From positions 41,879-105,878 of the IMG/VR virus record IMGVR_UViG_3300036761_003779: a DNA stretch of 64,000 nucleotides; one strand, written 5' to 3'. The DNA comes from a virus. Positions 47,028 to 56,318 of the stretch are shown one piece after another. Both the position numbers and the translations under genes were made by a program. Numbering within the stretch: the first letter of the stretch is position 1; every line of letters starts with the position of its first letter. The notes under the pieces were generated by a model. The model saw only the letters and a list, made by a program, of their open reading frames with translations, did no database searches and was not told where the DNA came from.

Positions 47028-49148
47028 TCAGTCCTCCTCCGGCTCCGGCTCGTCGCGGAGGTCCAGCGCCGGCGGCACGAAGCCGCCGAAGCGGGTGGCC
47101 GCCTCCGCGCGGATCATCTCCGTCAGGCGGGAGAAGGCGTCCGTGGGGTCCGTGGGGTCCCCGTCCGCGGACTCGAAGGCCGGCTCAAGCGAGCGGTCCC
47201 GCGGCCCGCCGCCCCCGACCTGGAGCCCGGAGCGCCCCTGACTCGTGGGCTCCCCGCCACCGGGCGCCGCAGAGGCGGAGGCGGTCTTCATGATCTGCGC
47301 CAGCGTGAGCGAGAAGGGCTGGTCCGGCGGGAGCAGGTCCGCGTCCACGTCCCCCAGGTCCTCGTTGACGACCCGGGACAGGAGCTTCCGCGCGATGCGC
47401 GGCGTCAGCCCGCCCGTCTTCTCCCCGGAGGCCAGGAGCTTGACCAGCTCCGCGTTCTCCGTCACGTTCGGGGAGTTGGACCGGAAGACGGACCAGGCGA
47501 TCTCCAGGCGGAGGAGGACGTCCCGCGTGAAGAAGCGGTCCACCTTGGCGCGCTCCGGCGCGAAGACCTGCTCGTCCCCAAGCTTCCGGCTCGCCTCGAT
47601 GGTCTTCCCGGTGAAGTCCTCGCTCTTGCCCACGTAGATGGGCGGGAAGCGCCAGGCCCGGCGCGTCCGCTCGTCGTTGGCCGCCTGGTAGTTGACGAAG
47701 AGGGCGTCCGTGTGCTGCTCCTTCGTCAGGGGCTGGATCTCGATCTTCATCGAGCCCGGGTCCCGCATCCCCTCCATCACCGGCTCCGCCTCGAGGAGGA
47801 GGAACTTGCTGTAGTTGTCGTCCCCCTGGATGGCCGCCTCGACGAACTCCTCGATCCGCTCCAGGGACTCGTCGTCCAGCTTCCCGTTGGAGACCGTGAT
47901 GGCCAGGGACGGGATGTTGTTGTTCTTGAAGGTGGTGAAGTTGATCTCCTCCGCGGCCCGGGAGCCGAAGATGGAGAAGAGGTGCCCGACGTAGCGCGGG
48001 AGACCGTAGGGACTCCGCGTGCAGTACAGCCGCCGGTGTCGGACCGGGTTCGCGGCGTCCCGGACCGGGAAACCCGCGAGCCCGCGGGTCACGACCAGCC
48101 GCTCCGGGGTCCCGCCCAGTGTGAAGCGGGCCAGCTCCTCCGTCCCCTCCGCCGTCAGCTCCTCGCGCGTCACCACGTGCCCGTCCACGCAGGAGATGAG
48201 CCGCGGATCCCCCAGCTCCTTGAACCAGATCACCCGCCGGTCCCGCACCTGGACGTAGCGCCGGAACCGCTTGAAGCGGAGCTGCTGCTTCAGCTCGTAG
48301 GAGACCTCCACCCGGACCTGCTTCCGGACGCTGACCTCCCCGTCCCCCGCCGCCCCCTCCCGCATCGTCTCCGCCGGCATCCCGGGCTCCCCGGGCGACT
48401 CCTCCGGCTCCTCCGGTGCGAGCCAGCCCGGCTCCCCCTCCCCCGGCTCCCCCGGCGCGATCTCCGGGACCTCCTCGAGGCGGACCGACTTCTGGACCCG
48501 CGGGTCCAGGTACTCCGTCAGCTCCGCGTCCGCGCGCCCGATGCGCATCGTCCAGGCGGGGAGGTGGTTCAGCCCGTCCAGCTTGCCCGTCCCGGGGACC
48601 TCGATGAACTCCACGTAGCAGTTCCCGGTGGCCTCGAGGTCCCGCCGGAGCTTGTCCCGGAGGTCCTCGATGGACTCCCCCTCCGCGCAGGCGTTCTCAA
48701 AGAAGTTCTCCGCGCGGACCCGCTCCTCCTCCAGCGCCGTCAGGACCTCCAGGGAGGTGTCCTCGTTCACCGGGATCCGCGGCTCGAGCCGCCACCCGAA
48801 GGACTCGATGTTCACCGCCATGGCGTCGATGCAGGGACCCAGCTCCGTGCTGTTCTCCGGCATCACCGCCAGGGTGAGGACGTCGAAGGGCGGCTGGACG
48901 ACCTTCCCCTCCCGCTCGAGGCGGGTCAGGGGGTCGTCCTCGATCTTCTGGGTGCTGCCCGCGGAGGTCCCGGGGGAGGAGGGCGCCGGCTCCGCCTCGG
49001 CCTGCAGGCGGAGCCGCTCCCCCCGCGTCCCCTTCGTGCGCATCCCGGCCAGACCGAAGACCGCCGCGCGGATGGCGTTGACGTTCCGCTTGGTGATCTC
49101 CGCCGCCGTGCCCTCGCGGGCAATCGGGACCTCCGCCCCCAACGTCAT
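47028..49148 (-). CDS. Portal protein (PBSX family)
   Basis: VQPPFD, DLEATGNCYVE, LNHLPAWTMR, YGLPRY, FKNNNIP, AWRFPPIYVG. Confidence 0.9.
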   Translation of the reverse strand: MTLGAEVPIAREGTAAEITKRNVNAIRAAVFGLAGMRTKGTRGERLRLQAEAEPAPSSPGTSAGSTQKIEDDPLTRLEREGKVVQPPFDVLTLAVMPENSTELGPCIDAMAVNIESFGWRLEPRIPVNEDTSLEVLTALEEERVRAENFFENACAEGESIEDLRDKLRRDLEATGNCYVEFIEVPGTGKLDGLNHLPAWTMRIGRADAELTEYLDPRVQKSVRLEEVPEIAPGEPGEGEPGWLAPEEPEESPGEPGMPAETMREGAAGDGEVSVRKQVRVEVSYELKQQLRFKRFRRYVQVRDRRVIWFKELGDPRLISCVDGHVVTREELTAEGTEELARFTLGGTPERLVVTRGLAGFPVRDAANPVRHRRLYCTRSPYGLPRYVGHLFSIFGSRAAEEINFTTFKNNNIPSLAITVSNGKLDDESLERIEEFVEAAIQGDDNYSKFLLLEAEPVMEGMRDPGSMKIEIQPLTKEQHTDALFVNYQAANDERTRRAWRFPPIYVGKSEDFTGKTIEASRKLGDEQVFAPERAKVDRFFTRDVLLRLEIAWSVFRSNSPNVTENAELVKLLASGEKTGGLTPRIARKLLSRVVNEDLGDVDADLLPPDQPFSLTLAQIMKTASASAAPGGGEPTSQGRSGLQVGGGGPRDRSLEPAFESADGDPTDPTDAFSRLTEMIRAEAATRFGGFVPPALDLRDEPEPEED

Positions 49149-49546
49149 GGCAGCCTCCCGTACACCGGCACCCCGTAGACCTCGAGGCGGACCTTACCGC
49201 CGCCCACGATCCCGGTGACCTCGAAGAAGACGGACTCCGAGTGGGCCACGCGGAAGACCTTGCGGGTCCCCGGCACGGCCATCGCCAGCACCACCGGGGT
49301 GGCCTCCGGGACGAAGGCGCCGTTGTCCGGCGTCCCGTCCGCGTGTTCCGCCCAGAAGTGAGGCTCGATAGTCGCACCCGTGCAGGGCGCGACCGGCGTG
49401 GCAACGAGCACGACCTCGTCGAAGTCGCAGCAGTTGATCCCCGCCTCCTTCTTCACCGGCAGCGCGGCGTCCGCCGCCGCCACCTCCCGGAAGCAGGAGG
49501 ACGTCGGGGAGTGCGGGACCCGCGCGGTTGGCGTGACGGCTGGCAT
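49145..49546 (-). CDS. Hypothetical protein
   Basis: 133 aa, GGAGG SD, ATGA overlap. Confidence 0.6.
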   Translation of the reverse strand: MPAVTPTARVPHSPTSSCFREVAAADAALPVKKEAGINCCDFDEVVLVATPVAPCTGATIEPHFWAEHADGTPDNGAFVPEATPVVLAMAVPGTRKVFRVAHSESVFFEVTGIVGGGKVRLEVYGVPVYGRLP

Positions 49547-49549
49547 GGA

Positions 49550-50092
49550 TCACCTCCCCCGGAGCGTGGTCGGCAGGAAGCCCCACTTGCCGGACTCGGG
49601 CTTCTCGATCTCGATGATCTGCTCGGACTCCGGCGCGGCCGCCGGCTCCCCGGCCGCCGCCTCCGCGCCCGGCTCCGGCGCGGACTTGGCCGCCGGCTCC
49701 GCGGAGACCGGGACGAAGGCCACGCGGACCTCCACCGGCTCCCCGAACTTGATCGCCCCGTCCGCGCCGCGCTCGAAGGACGCCTTGAAGAGCCGCCCCG
49801 TATTGGCGTCCCGGACGATGACGTGGGCGTCGAAGATGCCCTCGACCCAGGCGTCCAGGCTCCCGTTCGCCAGGACGATCCGGTCCGTCATGACCGCCCC
49901 GCAGATCGTGTGGACGAACTCCATCAGCTCCTCACCCTCCCGGAGGGCCAGCTTGCCCACGCGGACGAACCGCCGCCCCAGGTTGCTCTCCCGGCGGAGC
50001 GCCGCCAGCTTCTGGACCTGCTCGTCCGTCAGCCGCGCGCCGCTCTGGATGGCCTTCTTCAGCTCGACCAGCTCCGCCCCGTTCTTCATCAT
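49550..50092 (-). CDS. Hypothetical protein
   Basis: 180 aa, AGGAGG SD; FGEPVEVRVAFVP motif. Confidence 0.6.
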   Translation of the reverse strand: MMKNGAELVELKKAIQSGARLTDEQVQKLAALRRESNLGRRFVRVGKLALREGEELMEFVHTICGAVMTDRIVLANGSLDAWVEGIFDAHVIVRDANTGRLFKASFERGADGAIKFGEPVEVRVAFVPVSAEPAAKSAPEPGAEAAAGEPAAAPESEQIIEIEKPESGKWGFLPTTLRGR

Positions 50093-51630
50093 CGTACACC
50101 TCCTGCGGTGATGGAGATCCCGGCGCGCAGCCGCCGCGTCCGGGGTCCCCCGAAAAGTCCGACCTTCCGCTTCCGCGTCTTCCGTGCCCGGACCACGCAG
50201 CCCAGCGTCACCGCCAGGTCAAGGGCGTCGAACAGATCGTCGTACCTCCCCTTGGGGAAGCCAACCAGTTGGTCCTCCAGGTCCGAGTGGAGGCTCCGCC
50301 GGTGGAAGATCCTCCCGGCCTCGTAGCGCGCGGCCAGCTTCCACGCGCGGGTCACCTTGTCCGTCAGCGTCACGATCGGGACGCAGCGGTCCCCGATGGT
50401 CTCCCCCAGCTCCCGGTACACGGCATGCAGGCGCGCCTTCTGGAAGGCGGTCGCCTCGATCCCGAACCGGATGGGGTCCCAGCGGTCGAAGATGTACTCC
50501 GCCCGCGCGATCTGCATGCCGTAGGGAATCTTGCCATGGTAGCGGTCCAGGACATAGACCCGGAGCCCATGTTGACTCTCGTTCTCCCGGTCGTCGACCC
50601 CGATGACCGCGTCCGCGTACTCATCCTGCTGCTCCTCCTCCGCGATCGCCAGATCGCACGCGCTCCAGACCTTGAGCTCAAGCCGCCGGACCAGGTCCTC
50701 CGGCTCCTCGTCGTACCAGATGAACATCTCGTCCTTGAAGATGTCCCCCTTCATCCGCTTGGTGCTCTGCTGCATCTGACTGTCGAAGTGGGCGGAGCCC
50801 ATGGAGATCCGGAGCGCCTTCAGATCCTCCGTCGGGAGCATCTCCTCCAGGACGGAGACCCCGTTCACGTCCGCCGCCCCGGTCTCCGGGTTCACCAGCG
50901 CCGGGACCTCGCAGACGTTCCCGGCGAACTTGGCGTCCTCCTCGATGGCGCGCCCGTAGACGTCCTCAGGGTGATAGCGCGTCCCGACGAGGTCCATCTC
51001 CCCCGGGGTCCCGTCCGCCCGGACCATCATCAGGGTCGGGACGAGCGTCTTGTAGAAGAAGGTGTGGATCCGCTCCCGCTCCCCGTCCGTCCGGGAGTTC
51101 TTCTCGTCCACAAGGTCGTCCGCCTTCACGTGGTCGAAGTGCTTGGAGGTGACCGGCCCGTCCGCGCCGGCGGCGAGCCAGGTCGGCTCCTTGAACTGCC
51201 GGGTCCGCGTCTTGACCGTGGCCTCCCCCGTCCCCCACTTCTCCCCGCGGAGGTCCCCGAACAGCTCGCAGAAGCGGTCCACCAGGAAGCAGCCCTGGAT
51301 CTCCGCCAGGATGTCCTTGGACTGATCCTTGACGCGGGAGCCAATGAGGATGCGGATGTTGGGCTCCACCAGCGGGAGGAGCACGGAGTCCACGACGGTC
51401 AGGATCGTCGACTTCCCGGAGCCCCGCGGCGCCAGGTAGATTCGCCACGGCCCGGGGAGGTTTCGCTTCGCCTGGATCAGAATCCAGTGGAAAGGCAGGA
51501 CGTCGTAGCCCAGGACCCGCGCCAGGACGTCCAGCCGCCGGTCCTCCCGGATGAGCTTCCGCTGAAGCTCCGCCTTTGACTCGGCGATCTTGTCCAGTTC
51601 CTTCCGGATCTCATCGGCGGTCGGGATCAT
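50089..51630 (-). CDS. terL: Terminase large subunit
   Basis: Walker A APRGSGKST, Walker B-like HVKADDLVD, GTRYHPED, CDLA, IEATAFQ, FPKGRYDDLFDA. Confidence 0.95.
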   Translation of the reverse strand: MIPTADEIRKELDKIAESKAELQRKLIREDRRLDVLARVLGYDVLPFHWILIQAKRNLPGPWRIYLAPRGSGKSTILTVVDSVLLPLVEPNIRILIGSRVKDQSKDILAEIQGCFLVDRFCELFGDLRGEKWGTGEATVKTRTRQFKEPTWLAAGADGPVTSKHFDHVKADDLVDEKNSRTDGERERIHTFFYKTLVPTLMMVRADGTPGEMDLVGTRYHPEDVYGRAIEEDAKFAGNVCEVPALVNPETGAADVNGVSVLEEMLPTEDLKALRISMGSAHFDSQMQQSTKRMKGDIFKDEMFIWYDEEPEDLVRRLELKVWSACDLAIAEEEQQDEYADAVIGVDDRENESQHGLRVYVLDRYHGKIPYGMQIARAEYIFDRWDPIRFGIEATAFQKARLHAVYRELGETIGDRCVPIVTLTDKVTRAWKLAARYEAGRIFHRRSLHSDLEDQLVGFPKGRYDDLFDALDLAVTLGCVVRARKTRKRKVGLFGGPRTRRLRAGISITAGGVR

Positions 51631-51689
51631 GCGGTAAAGGTGTACACCGGGTCCGGTGGCGGTCCCACTCCAATGAGCGCATCTACCGC

Positions 51690-51717
51690 TAGACCCGGGC
51701 GCCCCCGCTGTTAAGAT
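51690..51717 (+). promoter_or_regulatory. Putative sigma70-type promoter (TAGACC-N16-TAAGAT, TG extension)
   Basis: Upstream of the AGGAGG SD of 51735. Confidence 0.45.
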
Positions 51718-51734
51718 GGGGTCAGGAGGCCAGG

Positions 51735-52508
51735 ATGAGCAGCAACACAGCCAAGCTCCAGGACGTCCTGGAGGGGAGGACCGGGAACCGCGCCCGGACC
51801 CTCCGGGTGGCCCGGGAGGGTCTGCCGCACCTCAACGCGCAGGGGACGAACGGCGTGGACAACCTCCAGGCGCTGAACAAGCGCCGGCGGGACGTCGTCC
51901 AGTACCGCGCCTGCGTGGCGCTCGGGTGGGCCCGGGAGCAGATCCTGGAGGAGACCGACTGGCCGCTCCAGCGCCTCATGGCCGTGGAGCAAATCGTCCG
52001 GGAGGAGGACCGCCGGATCTGGGGGCAGGTGGACCCGGTGGCCGTCTTCGCGGAGTACCGCGAGCAGCAGCTCCTCTGCGCCAAGGAGCTGGAGGACCTG
52101 GCGACCTCCTTCCGGGACTCCCGGCAGTTCTCCGCGCTGGTCGGCGCGGTCAAGGCCCGGTCGGACCTCCTGGACAAGATCATCAAGGTGGGCCAGGAGC
52201 TGGGGCTCATCAAGCGAGCGGCCCGGGAGATCAGCGTCCACGGAGCCGTGGACGTCCGCTCCCTCTCCGTCTCGGAGCTGCGCGTCCACCTGGAGAAGGA
52301 GGTCTCCGGCCTCCGGAAACTCCTGGCGCCGCCGCCCGACGTCTCCGGCGCCCCCGGCGTCGTCCTCCGGCGCGTCCTGACCGGCCGCAGTCAGGAGGTG
52401 GGCGGAAACATCGCGAATGAGGCACCCCCGACAGCCCAGGAGCCCGCCAACCCGGCCCCCCGGGCGTCCGGGCCTCGGGTCAAGCGCCTCGCGCCGGACG
52501 AGCCCTAG
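51735..52508 (+). CDS. Putative terminase small subunit / HTH protein
   Basis: Only convincing plus-strand gene; AGGAGG SD; HTH-like LGWAREQILEE; KARSDLLDKIIKVGQELGLI; DVRSLSVSELR; divergent from terL. Confidence 0.6.
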   Translation: MSSNTAKLQDVLEGRTGNRARTLRVAREGLPHLNAQGTNGVDNLQALNKRRRDVVQYRACVALGWAREQILEETDWPLQRLMAVEQIVREEDRRIWGQVDPVAVFAEYREQQLLCAKELEDLATSFRDSRQFSALVGAVKARSDLLDKIIKVGQELGLIKRAAREISVHGAVDVRSLSVSELRVHLEKEVSGLRKLLAPPPDVSGAPGVVLRRVLTGRSQEVGGNIANEAPPTAQEPANPAPRASGPRVKRLAPDEP

Positions 52509-52671
52509 CGCGCTCCAGGCGCTGCTCCCACCTTCTCTCACACGCCTCGCACCGCTCCGTCGCCGGCCGGCAGTCCCGGGCGCAGCCCGGACAGAGCCAG
52601 ACGTCGTGCCCGCAGCGCGCGCGGACCCTCCGCGCCTCCGCGCCGCACATCTCGCAGGCGACCCGCTTCAC
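52480..52671 (-). CDS. Small Zn-finger protein
   Basis: CEMC, CPGC and CEAC motifs; GTGA overlap. Confidence 0.5.
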   Translation of the reverse strand: MKRVACEMCGAEARRVRARCGHDVWLCPGCARDCRPATERCEACERRWEQRLERARARPARGA

Positions 52672-52892
52672 CGCCGCCACCACCCCTCCGGCGCGTCCGG
52701 GAGCAGGTCCACGTAGCGCGCCGCGGTCCGCCAGATCCGCCGGCATCCAGCGCAGCGGACCGCGGAGAACCGGCTCGGGGTCCGGCGATAGCCGGCAAAG
52801 GCGGAGTGGTTGCAGCGCCGCTGAGTGACCTCCCAGCGCCGCTCCGCCGGGGGCTTCCGGCTCTCCGGGCAGGTGCAGACGTTCCCGCTCAC
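52668..52892 (-). CDS. Conserved phage Cys-rich protein
   Basis: CTC..RRCNHSAFAGYRRTPSRFSAVRCAGCRRIWRT. Confidence 0.65.
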   Translation of the reverse strand: MSGNVCTCPESRKPPAERRWEVTQRRCNHSAFAGYRRTPSRFSAVRCAGCRRIWRTAARYVDLLPDAPEGWWRR

Positions 52893-53137
52893 TGGAGCGC
52901 CCTCACGACGAGCCGCCCGACCGGGGTGAAGGCGGTCCAGCGGACGGTCGTGACCATCGAGAAGCCCGCGTCCGCCATCACGCGGTCCCGGGAGCGGACC
53001 GCGTTCATGGCATCGGCGGCCGACGGGTGGCGCTCCTCCGAGCCCGGGTCCCAGCGGAGGACCCACTCGGAGCCGTCGCGCGCCTCCTCGATCTCGACGG
53101 TCGACGCGCGGAAGTTCCCGCGATCTCGGTACGGCAT
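52889..53137 (-). CDS. Hypothetical protein
   Basis: GGAGGAGG SD, MPYRDRG. Confidence 0.55.
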   Translation of the reverse strand: MPYRDRGNFRASTVEIEEARDGSEWVLRWDPGSEERHPSAADAMNAVRSRDRVMADAGFSMVTTVRWTAFTPVGRLVVRALQ

Positions 53138-53138
53138 C

Positions 53139-53447
53139 TCAGTCCTCCTCCCCGGCATGCCAACGCCTGGGAACGTAGCGCGGGACCACCTCCTCCTGAA
53201 GCTCCACGCAGCCCCTCCAGTTCAGGGCGGCCAGGAGGAGCGCCCGCCGCGGGAGGTCCCGGAAGACCACCCGCTCGATCTCGAAGTCCTCCCCGTAGCG
53301 GTGCCCCGCCAGCCGCGGACTCACCCGGATCAGCTCCGCGCGCCGGCGCCGCGCCGCCCCGAGGGAGCCGAACCACTCGTCGTGGTCCTCCCCCTCCCCC
53401 TGACTCTCGTCCGCGCAGATGCCCAGGCGGTAGAGGGTAACTCCCAT
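53139..53447 (-). CDS. Hypothetical protein
   Basis: MGVTLYRL, operon packing. Confidence 0.55.
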   Translation of the reverse strand: MGVTLYRLGICADESQGEGEDHDEWFGSLGAARRRRAELIRVSPRLAGHRYGEDFEIERVVFRDLPRRALLLAALNWRGCVELQEEVVPRYVPRRWHAGEED

Positions 53448-53449
53448 CC

Positions 53450-53704
53450 TCAGCCCTCCGTCCCGTACACGTCGGCGGCCGCCTCCGCCTCCTCCGCGTC
53501 GAAGTGCCGCCCGCAGGCGCGGCAGCAGTACATGAGCTGGAAGCCCGACTCCCCGTTGTCCTCGTGCGGCCCGCGGTCCCCGCACTCCGGGCAGGTGACC
53601 AGATTCTCCCCGCGCGCCTTCAGCTCCGCCGCCAGCCGCGTCAGGCCCGCCTGGTCCCCCGCCAGGAGGAGGTCCACCGCCATCTGATCCGCCGTCCGCG
53701 CCAT
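53450..53704 (-). CDS. Zn-ribbon protein
   Basis: CPECG..CRACG. Confidence 0.6.
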   Translation of the reverse strand: MARTADQMAVDLLLAGDQAGLTRLAAELKARGENLVTCPECGDRGPHEDNGESGFQLMYCCRACGRHFDAEEAEAAADVYGTEG

Positions 53705-53916
53705 CAGAGCACCTCCCCGTCCTGCGCGTCCTCGAGCGCCGCGCGATAGCCGCGGAGCCAGTTCGGCTCGTCCTTCGCGAGGCGGACCAGCGCCGCCACG
53801 TTCCGCGCCATCCAGGCGTAGCCGTTCCGCGCCAGGTCCGAGCGCCCCACCGCCAGCCCCGCCTGGAATTTCCGAACCGCCTTCTCGCTCTTCATCTTGC
53901 TCTCCGTCGTTTGCAT
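53704..53916 (-). CDS. Hypothetical protein (likely leaderless)
   Basis: ATG 6 nt after a -10 element. Confidence 0.6.
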   Translation of the reverse strand: MQTTESKMKSEKAVRKFQAGLAVGRSDLARNGYAWMARNVAALVRLAKDEPNWLRGYRAALEDAQDGEVL

Positions 53917-53922
53917 ACCCTC

Positions 53923-53950
53923 ATCTTAGCACATGGAAAGAATCTGTCCA
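53923..53950 (-). promoter_or_regulatory. Promoter TGGACA-N16-TAAGAT, leaderless
   Basis: -35 at 53945-53950, -10 at 53923-53928; the -35 lies within the TCTGTC-CA-GACAGA inverted repeat. Confidence 0.6.
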
Positions 53951-54026
53951 GACAGAAAATGAGCGCGGTCGAAGAAAAGAGGAGGGAGCGGCCGGGTCGG
54001 AGGCGGAGCCTCCCGAGTGCGCCGGG

Positions 54027-54275
54027 TCAGTCGGGTCGGAGGACCTTCTCGCGGGGGAGGCGCCGGACCTCCCCGGAGCGGCCCACCGCCGACCTTCGGT
54101 AGCTCCTGGGGAACCAGGCGAGGGCGTCCGCCTCCCGGATCACCCAGAAGCGGCCGACGCGGAGGGCGGGGAGCCGCCCCTCGGCGACCGCCGCGTGGAC
54201 CGCCGGCCGGGTGACGCCGCGGAGCGCGGCGACCTCCGGGACGGAGAGGAGTCGGTTGCCTTGGGTCGCGTCCAT
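54027..54275 (-). CDS. HTH_17 / excisionase-like DNA-binding protein
   Basis: LLSVPEVAALRGVTRPAVHAAVAEGRLPALRVGRFWVIREAD. Confidence 0.85.
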   Translation of the reverse strand: MDATQGNRLLSVPEVAALRGVTRPAVHAAVAEGRLPALRVGRFWVIREADALAWFPRSYRRSAVGRSGEVRRLPREKVLRPD

Positions 54276-54281
54276 GCCTAC

Positions 54282-54328
54282 AGGGTAGCTCGACCCGCTG
54301 GGTCTGTCCAGATGTTTCCGCACGGAAA
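54282..54328 (-). promoter_or_regulatory. Promoter TGGACA-N17-TACCCT (leaderless) with adjacent TTTCC-N4-GGAAA operator-like palindrome
   Basis: -10 at 54282-54287, -35 at 54305-54310, GATGTTTCCGCACGGAAA at 54311-54328. Confidence 0.6.
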
Positions 54329-54332
54329 GAAC

Positions 54333-55049
54333 TCAGGGCACGCGCGGGAGCAGCCGGAGGACCACCCCCCCGATCCGGACCTCCCCGCCCGCGAACCCGG
54401 GCGCGGTCGCCAGGTCCCCGAGCGCGCGGAGGACCTCGGCGGAGACCTCCACCGCGCCCGGAGCCGGGACCGGGACCGCGCGCTCGCCGAGCGGGTGCAG
54501 CGCAAGGACCGCCTCGACCGCCGGCCCAAGCGGGTCCAGCGGCAGGTCAGAGTGGAGGAGGCCGACGAGGCCCGCGACGTGCGCCGCGTTCTTCTCCGCC
54601 GCGCCGCCGCGGGTCGTCAGGCTCCGCCGGACCGCGGCCACCGCGCCGGGGGAGCGGAGCGGGAAGCCGGCACGCCGGACCGCCTCCGCCAGCCGCCCGG
54701 CGGGCAGCCCCGGGTCCCGGCGGACGACCCGGAGGAGCGCCGCCACCTCCGCGCCGGTCCAGTGCGTGCGGTCCGCGGCGTTCACCCGGACCCGCGGGGT
54801 CCGGCGGACCCCGGCCAGGACCTCGGGGGCGGACGCCCCGAGGAGCCCGCGGAGGACCTCCGCCCGGCGGTGCCGGGAGCCCGCGGAGGAGGTCAGGACC
54901 CAGACGGTCTCGACGACCGCCTTCCCGCTCCGCCGGGGGTAGCCCGCCCGGGCAAGCCGCTCCGCAAGCTCCTCCCCCGCAAGGCCACGCGGGAGGGCAA
55001 GGAGGGCGTCGAGTTCTGACCGGGTCCAGCGCGTCGAAGTGGATGACAT
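54333..55049 (-). CDS. Protein with two Myb/GcrA-like HTH repeats
   Basis: WTRSELDALL..LAERL..GYPRRSGKAV and WTGAEVAALL..LAEAV..GFPLRSPGAV. Confidence 0.6.
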   Translation of the reverse strand: MSSTSTRWTRSELDALLALPRGLAGEELAERLARAGYPRRSGKAVVETVWVLTSSAGSRHRRAEVLRGLLGASAPEVLAGVRRTPRVRVNAADRTHWTGAEVAALLRVVRRDPGLPAGRLAEAVRRAGFPLRSPGAVAAVRRSLTTRGGAAEKNAAHVAGLVGLLHSDLPLDPLGPAVEAVLALHPLGERAVPVPAPGAVEVSAEVLRALGDLATAPGFAGGEVRIGGVVLRLLPRVP

Positions 55050-55086
55050 CTCCCTCACCTCCGGGTAGGGTTAGGCCGGGTGAGCG

Positions 55087-55104
55087 GATGTTTCCCCGCG
55101 GAAA
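55087..55104. promoter_or_regulatory. Second GATGTTTCC-N4-GGAAA operator-like site
   Basis: Same flanks as 54311-54328; upstream of the 54333 gene. Confidence 0.55.
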
Positions 55105-55487
55105 TGAGCCGGGAGCCGGCGGGGTGCCGCACCCCCTGCGGACTAGCCCCCCTGCGCCGCGCCCTGCCATGCCCGCCCGGCCCGGCCGCACCCCCCATGC
55201 GCCCATGTAGGCAGGACCCCCACAGAGACCCCCAGAGAGCGCCTCCCCTCCCGCCCGCGGCGGGGCGGGGCGGCCCGGGCGGGGAGCTCCGCGGGAGCGC
55301 GCGCCCTGCCCTCCCCTCCCGCGACGGGGGCGGAGGGCGGCCGCCCGGCCTCCCGCCCGGACAGACCCCAGAGGGTCTGTCTGCGGAGGACACGAGCGCC
55401 TGCCGCCCTACATGTAGGTCTGGGGTTCCCTAGGCGCACACATGTATGCGTGGCGCAGCGCGCCTGGCGCGCAGGGCGCTGAGTAGG

Positions 55488-56318
55488 CTACATCGCCAGG
55501 CCCCCGCCCGCCTGGCGCCCGCCTCCTCCCCTCCCCTTCCCCCCGCCTCGACCCGGCTTGACCGAGGCAATTGGTTTCGATTCCAACCGATTCTTGGCCC
55601 CGGTCCCGCCCCGTTCCCCCTCCTCCGCCCCGACGCCCCGCGAGGCCGGGTCCGCCAGCTCCGCCTCCAGCCGCCTCATTGCCTCCCCCAGGTCCTGGGG
55701 CGGGAGCGGGGAGCCCAGCTCCCCCAGCGCGTTCCCGTGCATGGCCAGCCCGTTCACGACCTGCCCCGCCCTGGTCAGGTAGGAGACGTCGGGGTCCGGG
55801 CAGGCGGCCGCGTCCCGGGCGCCCGTGGTCCGCCTCCCGCCCCCGGGGAGCGCCTCCGCCCTCCGGAGGATCTTGGCCGCCTCCGAGGTCACGCGGTAGC
55901 GGCCCAGGGGCCTCCCCGCGACGCGGTCGACCCTGGGTTCCCCGCGCGCGCCGAGCCTGGGCTCCCAGACCGGGTCCGGGTCCGCGAGGGCGAAGACCGT
56001 CCCCTCCCGCCCGCCGCGGTTCCACTTGAAGAGTGGCGGCGGCCTCCCCCACGTGGACGCCTCCCAGAGCGGGATGACCAGGCGCTCGAGGGTCTCCGCG
56101 TTCACGAGCGGGAAGCGCGCGCGGAGCCCGGCGTCCGCCCAGAGCCGCCGGAGGAGGGCGTGCGTGACGCCCGCCGTGACGTGCTCCAGGAGGGCGGTCA
56201 CGAGGCGCCGCAGCTCGGCGGCGGCCGCCGGGTTGTCCGCGTCCCGCAGGGCGCCGAGGGCGTCCCGCCGCGCGTCCCGCGCCTCCCGGTCCGTGGTCCT
56301 GTAGGGGTTCACGCTCAT
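55488..56318 (-). CDS. Hypothetical protein
   Basis: GGAGG SD, MSVNPYRT, ATGA overlap. Confidence 0.5.
   Translation of the reverse strand: MSVNPYRTTDREARDARRDALGALRDADNPAAAAELRRLVTALLEHVTAGVTHALLRRLWADAGLRARFPLVNAETLERLVIPLWEASTWGRPPPLFKWNRGGREGTVFALADPDPVWEPRLGARGEPRVDRVAGRPLGRYRVTSEAAKILRRAEALPGGGRRTTGARDAAACPDPDVSYLTRAGQVVNGLAMHGNALGELGSPLPPQDLGEAMRRLEAELADPASRGVGAEEGERGGTGAKNRLESKPIASVKPGRGGGKGRGGGGRQAGGGLAM

Noticed and set aside
54027-54275. Excisionase implying a prophage or att site
   Set aside because: No integrase, att site or host genes in the window; HTH_17 proteins are often simple regulators.
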